Assembly (NCBI GenBank): GCA_963754485.1
Contig: CAVWFY010000013.1
Coordinates: 162,183-226,182, forward strand
Length of the DNA stretch: 64,000 bases
From: an uncultured Chloroflexia bacterium
GTDB lineage: Bacteria; Chloroflexota; Limnocylindria; Limnocylindrales; CSP1-4
Direction: 5' to 3'
How positions within the stretch are numbered: position 1 is the stretch's first letter; every line of letters starts with the position of its first letter. This document shows positions 60,462 to 64,000 of the stretch, piece after piece. The notes beneath the pieces are model-generated. The model was given only the letters and a program-made list of their open reading frames with translations. It was not told the DNA's origin and did not search any database. The translations under genes were made by a program, and so were the position numbers.

Positions 60462-61214
60462 ATGCCTCCCGAGACGCTGGTGCTGCTCTACGCCGCGGGC
60501 GTCCTCGCGGGAATTGTCAGCGTCCTCGTGAGCCTCGCATCGATCGTCTCCTACCCGGTGCTGCTCGCCGTGGGCCTGCCTCCCGTGACCGCCAACGTCA
60601 CCAACACGGTCGCGCTCGTGCTCACCGGCGTCGGCGCAGCGCTCGGCTCCCGGCGCGAGCTGGCCGGGCTCCGGCCGATGGTCCTGCGCCTGGCCGTGGC
60701 GGCAGTCGTGGGCGGGCTCGCGGGTGCCGCCTTGCTGCTGGTCCTCCCGGAAGTCATCTTCGAGCTCGTCGTCCCGGTGCTCATCGCCGGGGCGTCGCTC
60801 CTGCTCCTCTCCCAGCCGCGGCTGCGGGACCGTCCGATGCTGCGGCCCCGAGGCCTGCGCCCGGTCCCCGTCGCGGCGTTCACGGCCGCCTCGGCATACC
60901 TGGGCTACTTCGGGGCCGCCGGCGGCATGATCTCGATCGCCGTGCTGTCCACGATCATCGACCGCCCGTTCCACGACGTGAACGCCGCCAAGAACACGCT
61001 CGCCGCGTTCGCCAACGGGGCCGCCGCCGCCGTCTTCATCCTGGTGGGTCCGGTGGAGTGGGCCTACGTGATCCCACTGGCGCTGGGCCTGTTCACGGGC
61101 GGGCTCGTGGGACCGGCGATCGCCCGTCGGGTGCCCGCACCGGCACTGCGGCTCGCCGTGGCCGCGTGCGGGCTGACGGTCGCCGCCGTGCTCGCCTGGG
61201 GGACCTACCGCTAA
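60462..61214 (+). CDS. TauE/SafE-family (DUF81) anion exporter
   Basis: 7-8 TM segments. The Gly-rich helices are typical of the family. Confidence 0.7.
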   Translation: MPPETLVLLYAAGVLAGIVSVLVSLASIVSYPVLLAVGLPPVTANVTNTVALVLTGVGAALGSRRELAGLRPMVLRLAVAAVVGGLAGAALLLVLPEVIFELVVPVLIAGASLLLLSQPRLRDRPMLRPRGLRPVPVAAFTAASAYLGYFGAAGGMISIAVLSTIIDRPFHDVNAAKNTLAAFANGAAAAVFILVGPVEWAYVIPLALGLFTGGLVGPAIARRVPAPALRLAVAACGLTVAAVLAWGTYR

Positions 61215-61249
61215 CGCTAACGGACCCGGCCGGACTGGCGGCCAAGATG

Positions 61250-62020
61250 TCAGCCCAGCGCTACCACCTCGTCCCCCACGGCAACCCGGCCGGGCGTCTC
61301 GACCTCCGCGTACATCCCGAACGGCACGCCCCTCGGGTTGTCCATCAACGGCCGGTAGGCGCTGATCGCCTTGAGCGTGTCGAAGTCCTTGGCCCCGGTC
61401 TCCGGGTCGCGGGTGGTGGCGACGCAGCGCGGGACCGGCCCCAGGACGCGGATCACGGCCGTCCCGACGCGCACCCCCGCCCCTGACCAGCCGTCCTCCT
61501 CGTAGGGCGCGCAGCCCTCCAGCTCCAGGTTCATGCGGAACCGGCCGGGGGCCAGCTCCGGCCGGCCGTGGCGCGCGCCCAGGTCCGCCACGGACGCCAG
61601 CGAGACCAGGGACAGCCGATGCTCGTCCGGGCCGTCACCCTCCGCGTCGGCGCGAACCAGGCGCAGCGGACGCCCGACGTAGCTCGAGATCGCGTCAGCA
61701 GCCGGTCCCTCGAAGAACCGCCCCGGCACCGGGCGCCCGTAGAAGTCGGTGACGTGCGAGGCGCCGAGATCGCGAGGGCCGCTGCTGACCGAGGTGCCGT
61801 CCGGGAGGTCCAGGACCAGCATCTCCGTCGCCGCGTCGTACGCAGCGCCGACCCGCATCAGCGGCCCGAAGTCGCCGCAGCTGAACAGCTCGCCCCGCTC
61901 GTTCACGAGGTGGAACCGCCGGTTGCCGGGGATGCCCAGCTGCGTGAGCTCCACGGCGGGAGGGTGGAGCAGGCGCGTGCCCTTGAGCGGCGTGACGCCG
62001 ATGCGCGCGACGGTGGCCAT
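61250..62020 (-). CDS. MOSC-domain protein (YcbX-like)
   Basis: IGVTPLKGTR N-terminal beta-barrel. C-terminal PRCVATT (conserved Cys). Confidence 0.75.
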   Translation of the reverse strand: MATVARIGVTPLKGTRLLHPPAVELTQLGIPGNRRFHLVNERGELFSCGDFGPLMRVGAAYDAATEMLVLDLPDGTSVSSGPRDLGASHVTDFYGRPVPGRFFEGPAADAISSYVGRPLRLVRADAEGDGPDEHRLSLVSLASVADLGARHGRPELAPGRFRMNLELEGCAPYEEDGWSGAGVRVGTAVIRVLGPVPRCVATTRDPETGAKDFDTLKAISAYRPLMDNPRGVPFGMYAEVETPGRVAVGDEVVALG

Positions 62021-62023
62021 GGG

Positions 62024-64000
62024 TCAGGTCCCTGCGCGCCGGCGCCTGAACGCCGCGGCCACGTGCGGCCGGGTCAGGTAGTAGAAGACCGTGAAGGCCA
62101 CCACCGTGGCCAGGACACCGTAGCTGGCGACCGCCCCCAGACCCTGCGTTGCGAGCCCGAACAGGATCGCCACCACGTTGATCCCCTCGAGCAGGAGCGT
62201 CACGAACCAGGCCCACCGCCTGCGCTTGATGAGGGCCACGGCCAGGCCGATGTTCACGACGGCGATCAGCAGGGCGACCAGGATCGCCGCGGTCGCCAGC
62301 GCGTTGACCTCCGCCGAGACCACCTCGAGGATGAGGATGGCCCCGGCAAACAGGATCGCCGGCACGCTGGTGAGCACGAGCAGCGCCGCGACCCACTTGA
62401 TGCCCCTGGGCTCCGGCAGATGGCGGTCCTCGACCACCGGGGAGTCTCCGGCACCGGACCCGGGCCCCACCCCGAGCGCATCCGCCCAGCGCACGAGCTG
62501 CCGGTGCACCGCGGGCGCGCCGACGATGGGCTCGTCCGTGAACTCGAGCTCCGCTGGAGCCAGCACGAACGGGCGCGTCTGCGGACCGCCGAAGCCGCCG
62601 TGGGACCCGACCAGCTCCTCGAACGCGGCGACCTCCTCGAGATCCGCGTCATAGCTGGAGTTGATCAGCAGGTCGCCCACGTTGGTGAACCCGTCCAAGC
62701 GCCGAAGGTGGTTTGCGGCGTTGGGCCCGAAGGGGGCGAGCGGGTCCACGCCCTCCACCCGGTCGTCGTCCAGGTAGCGGGCGCCGGACGAACCCAGCGC
62801 CACAGCGCCCAGGGCATCGGATCTGACGAGGATGAACCCGATGCCCGGGTGCATGGCCAGGCCGGTAAGCAGCCCGGGGTAGACCTCCTCGATCCGCTCG
62901 AGGCTGGCTCGCCCCTCCAGCCCGGTGAAGTAGGCGTTGGCCAGGTTGCCGCTGGCGAGGATCATGACGGCCGCGTCGGCCGGTGCCGGTGCCTTGGCGG
63001 CCTTCTTCGCGCCCATGTCCACCGCCCCGTCGACGGTGCGGCTCTCCAGCACCGAGGAGGCCACGCGGCCGGCGACACCCGGGCGTGACCGGATCTCGGA
63101 CAGGAGGGCGTTGACCGGCCCCCAGCCCTCCCCCTTCTCCGACCCGCCCAAGGACGCGCTGCCGCCCCACATGAGGCCCTCGATGACCTCGGCGAGCGTC
63201 GTGCCGAAGCGGTCCTTGAACGTCGCCCCCTGGCTCTGGCCGTGGTCGGACACGACGACGATCCGGTAGTCGCGCGGTGCCGAGGCCGCCGCCCGGCGGA
63301 GCGAGCCCAGGACCTGGTCCACGCCGGCCAGCGAGCGGAGCGTCTCGAGCCGCTCGGGACCCGCGTGGTGGGCCAGCTCGTCGTAGTCCACCATGTCCAC
63401 GTAGACGATCGGCGTCCCGCGCCGCATCGCGTCCATGACGAACGTGACGTTGAGGTCGCGCAGGACCACGTTGCTGACGGCGCGCAGCACGGCGAAGGTC
63501 GCGCCCCGGTGTACGCGCGGCTGGATGTCGCTGGCCACCTGGCGGCGTGCCTCCATCCACTCCCTGACGACCTCGGTGATCGTGAGGACCACGGTCCGGA
63601 TGAACGCCGCCGGGTCCACGAAGTAGAGCGAGAACGCGCTGACGTCGGCGGCGTCCTGGGGTCCCATCCGGCTCATCGTGAACAGGGTCCTTGTCGCGTC
63701 GCCGCTGAACAGGTTGCCCACGCTCGTCCCGCCCGCGGCCAGGAGGCCGCGCCCGTTCGAGGCCCGGCGCTCGATCTCGGTGGCGTCCGCCGGACAATTC
63801 GAGACCAGCAGGCGCCCGGTCTCCTTCTCGAACCAGCGGAAGGCCGGGATGTTGTCGTTGTTCCCGTGGAGGATGCCCGCCTGGCTCGCGGAGGTCTGCG
63901 ACGGCGGCACGCACTCCCACTCGACCAGGCGGTACTGCCCGGAGCGGACCCAGTTGGCCATGCGGGGCGTGATCCCCACCCGGATCGCGTTGCGCAGGAT
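62024..64000 (-). CDS. Alkaline-phosphatase-superfamily phosphodiesterase/pyrophosphatase with C-terminal TM region, 5' end outside window
   Basis: VPPSQTSASQAGILHGNNDNIPAFRWF and VVVSDHGQS metal-site contexts. The frame remains open to position 64000. Confidence 0.7.
   Translation of the reverse strand: MLRNAIRVGITPRMANWVRSGQYRLVEWECVPPSQTSASQAGILHGNNDNIPAFRWFEKETGRLLVSNCPADATEIERRASNGRGLLAAGGTSVGNLFSGDATRTLFTMSRMGPQDAADVSAFSLYFVDPAAFIRTVVLTITEVVREWMEARRQVASDIQPRVHRGATFAVLRAVSNVVLRDLNVTFVMDAMRRGTPIVYVDMVDYDELAHHAGPERLETLRSLAGVDQVLGSLRRAAASAPRDYRIVVVSDHGQSQGATFKDRFGTTLAEVIEGLMWGGSASLGGSEKGEGWGPVNALLSEIRSRPGVAGRVASSVLESRTVDGAVDMGAKKAAKAPAPADAAVMILASGNLANAYFTGLEGRASLERIEEVYPGLLTGLAMHPGIGFILVRSDALGAVALGSSGARYLDDDRVEGVDPLAPFGPNAANHLRRLDGFTNVGDLLINSSYDADLEEVAAFEELVGSHGGFGGPQTRPFVLAPAELEFTDEPIVGAPAVHRQLVRWADALGVGPGSGAGDSPVVEDRHLPEPRGIKWVAALLVLTSVPAILFAGAILILEVVSAEVNALATAAILVALLIAVVNIGLAVALIKRRRWAWFVTLLLEGINVVAILFGLATQGLGAVASYGVLATVVAFTVFYYLTRPHVAAAFRRRRAGT

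Overview
High-GC (about 70% by eye) chromosomal window. Gene content and style fit an Actinomycetota-like bacterium: VapBC, DUF2277, Pro/Thr-rich linkers, GTGA/ATGA-coupled genes and probable leaderless starts. I found no rRNA, tRNA or CRISPR array. About 60 protein genes can be supported.

The dominant feature is a same-strand block of about 13 kb (6.75-19.9 kb). It encodes a TPR protein, an NHL beta-propeller, three multihaem c-type cytochromes (6, 8 and 10 haem-binding motifs) and a second TPR protein. One cytochrome sits behind a signal peptide and a DPTPAPV tandem-repeat linker. The block also holds a full System II cytochrome c maturation set: CcdA, ResB/Ccs1, CcsA/ResC and a TlpA/ResA-like thioredoxin. 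Upstream lie a GAF histidine kinase/NarL regulator pair and a Tat-type Rieske protein. I read the block as a candidate envelope-spanning electron-transfer module. Its front half is riddled with frame disruptions.

The rest of the window is housekeeping and accessory metabolism:
- metH, tal, pfk, aroQ, tnaA-like lyase, mmuM, an ACC-deaminase-like gene, AKR, and saccharopine dehydrogenase with an APC permease
- transporters: two CUT1 permeases (one fused to a GT-C glycosyltransferase), a DHA2 MFS and a MacAB-like efflux set
- toxin-antitoxin genes: VapBC, and an AbiEii-like nucleotidyltransferase with a coupled small ORF
- an ArsR/DUF59/NnrS-like operon divergent from a DUF2249 gene

Two previously unannotated repeat families stand out:
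- a 116-bp element with 19-bp terminal inverted repeats (2 copies, both between convergent genes)
- a 213-bp element bounded by two perfect 15-bp palindromes TTCACTCNGAGTGAA exactly 189 bp apart (2 copies, one just upstream of metH)

Intergenic DNA is also rich in short tandem duplications and GACTC-N6-GAGTC hairpins.

Caveat: about 20 single-nucleotide frame shifts, many in short G/C runs, interrupt otherwise well-conserved genes including metH. Sequence quality therefore limits pseudogene calls. Most long ORFs antisense to real genes are GC artefacts.
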